DNA of 64,000 nucleotides from Candidatus Omnitrophota bacterium (GTDB lineage Bacteria; Omnitrophota; Gorgyraeia; JABMRG01): NCBI GenBank assembly GCA_042577545.1, contig JBHPDT010000002.1, positions 1,574 to 65,573 of the forward strand, read 5' to 3'. Shown piece by piece: positions 63,107 to 64,000 of this stretch (position 1 is its first letter; each line of letters starts with the position of its first letter). The notes under the pieces were generated by a model. It saw only the letters and a program-made list of their open reading frames with translations, ran no database searches and was not told where the DNA came from. The position numbers and the translations under genes were made by a program.

Positions 63107-63726
63107 ACCTTCGCATCCTCTTGGCTGGAGATTACATATGTATTAATTAGTATATATGATGAATGCTCCATAATGCTCTTCGGATCATTTGCGATCTTTA
63201 TATCTGTAACCCGCATAAATGTATCCGCGTTCTCTAGCTTATTTAAGAAGGTGCTTAACTGATGATAACCGCACTTCGCGTTTATAGATATCGGAAACTT
63301 CTGATACGCGCTGATTGAATTACTCTGCTGACTATTCGTAACCGCTGGGTGAGGTTTGATAGATAATATCTTTACACCAGAGTTCTGAGCCATCTGAGAA
63401 AGACGTTTCAGAAGAGCTGAAATCTGCCGCTCAGTAGAAAACCTCTTCTTATGCGAGGATAATCTCCCGCTAAGATCTTTGATCTGGGATTCATATCTAG
63501 GCTTATTAGCAATAGCTATATTTGCGGAATTCAACTGTCTCTGCAGATCTCTAACCTTAGGCACTGTATCTTTAAGCGAACTGATCGTAGGTTTGATAAA
63601 AAGATTAAAGTTAGCGATCAACAAACATAGAGTGATAACACCATATATAACAAGCTTCTGGTTCTTAATTATTTCCTGTTTCCAGTTTTTCAAAATAACT
63701 CCTTCCACTCTGGAAATAGCATACAA
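63103..63726 (-). CDS. pilO: PilO-like inner-membrane pilus assembly protein
   Basis: Single N-terminal TM, a coiled-coil and a periplasmic domain; position in the pilN-pilO-pilP-pilQ order. Confidence 0.45.
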   Translation of the reverse strand: MYAISRVEGVILKNWKQEIIKNQKLVIYGVITLCLLIANFNLFIKPTISSLKDTVPKVRDLQRQLNSANIAIANKPRYESQIKDLSGRLSSHKKRFSTERQISALLKRLSQMAQNSGVKILSIKPHPAVTNSQQSNSISAYQKFPISINAKCGYHQLSTFLNKLENADTFMRVTDIKIANDPKSIMEHSSYILINTYVISSQEDAKV

Positions 63727-64000
63727 TTGTAAAATCCATCACATCTGAACTGCCAAGCGCCCTTCTTTGTATTGACGAAAGTTTTATATCCTCAAAATCA
63801 CCAAAAAAGCCTTCATCACTTCTTAATGATTCTATGAACTTACCAACAACCGCTGTCTCCTCTCCAGGGTTGGGAGAGACCGCTGTCCCCTTCAGGATGA
63901 GTATCTGCTTATCCTGCGGAGGTGTTGCGCCAACAATGCTGCGATTGAACAACTTGGCTTTTACTACCTCAAGGCCGACCGATAACGAAGTCAACCATAC
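63665..64000 (-). CDS. pilN: PilN-like protein, C-terminal part only (the gene continues beyond the right edge)
   Basis: Open frame to the window edge, overlapping the pilO start; assigned by gene order. Confidence 0.35.
   Translation of the reverse strand, partial: VWLTSLSVGLEVVKAKLFNRSIVGATPPQDKQILILKGTAVSPNPGEETAVVGKFIESLRSDEGFFGDFEDIKLSSIQRRALGSSDVMDFTIVCYFQSGRSYFEKLETGNN

Overview
Low-GC bacterial chromosomal segment in which essentially every gene is transcribed on the minus strand. No rRNA, tRNA or CRISPR array was recognised. Left to right the window holds:
- A partial secreted protein and a HEPN/MNT toxin-antitoxin pair.
- A nitrogen-assimilation supercluster: gdhA, an nfnA-nfnB-like NADPH/ferredoxin oxidoreductase pair, glnA copy 1, gltB-gltD glutamate synthase, a stand-alone Fis-type HTH gene, and an amtB-glnK-glnA copy 2 operon preceded by an outer-membrane beta-barrel gene. 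The cluster is interrupted by a GT2-methyltransferase/YfhO-like glycosylation pair and by an in-frame nfnA'-'nfnB deletion remnant.
- An ECF-like sigma-70 family gene.
- A single 9.9-kb ORF (3314 aa) with an N-terminal signal/anchor sequence that is a mosaic of a SAM methyltransferase domain, four paralogous nucleotidyltransferase-like modules, eighteen 31-residue helical tandem repeats, a radical SAM domain and an IMPase/CysQ-like phosphatase domain. A K-x-S-S-A-G motif recurs at every domain junction.
- An IS110-family transposase.
- Housekeeping genes: rpoD with a lysine-rich N-terminal tail, dnaG, nif3-like, cvpA-like, a PMT/TPR glycosyltransferase, two HD-GYP paralogs, two CNNM/CorC paralogs, corA, nadD, proA, proB, obg, rpmA, rplU and rng.
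- The start of a pilN-pilO-pilP-pilQ secretin cluster; a prepilin-type gene at 12304 is the only plus-strand gene.
Intergenic regions are crowded with at least four families of palindromic repeat elements, several tandemly duplicated.
The giant mosaic ORF is the best candidate for a previously undescribed system. It shares a duplicated promoter-proximal repeat plus consensus sigma-70 promoter module with the adjacent sigma-like gene, and an IS element lies next to it. The giant-protein architecture suggests Omnitrophota-like or candidate-phylum bacteria; this is speculation.
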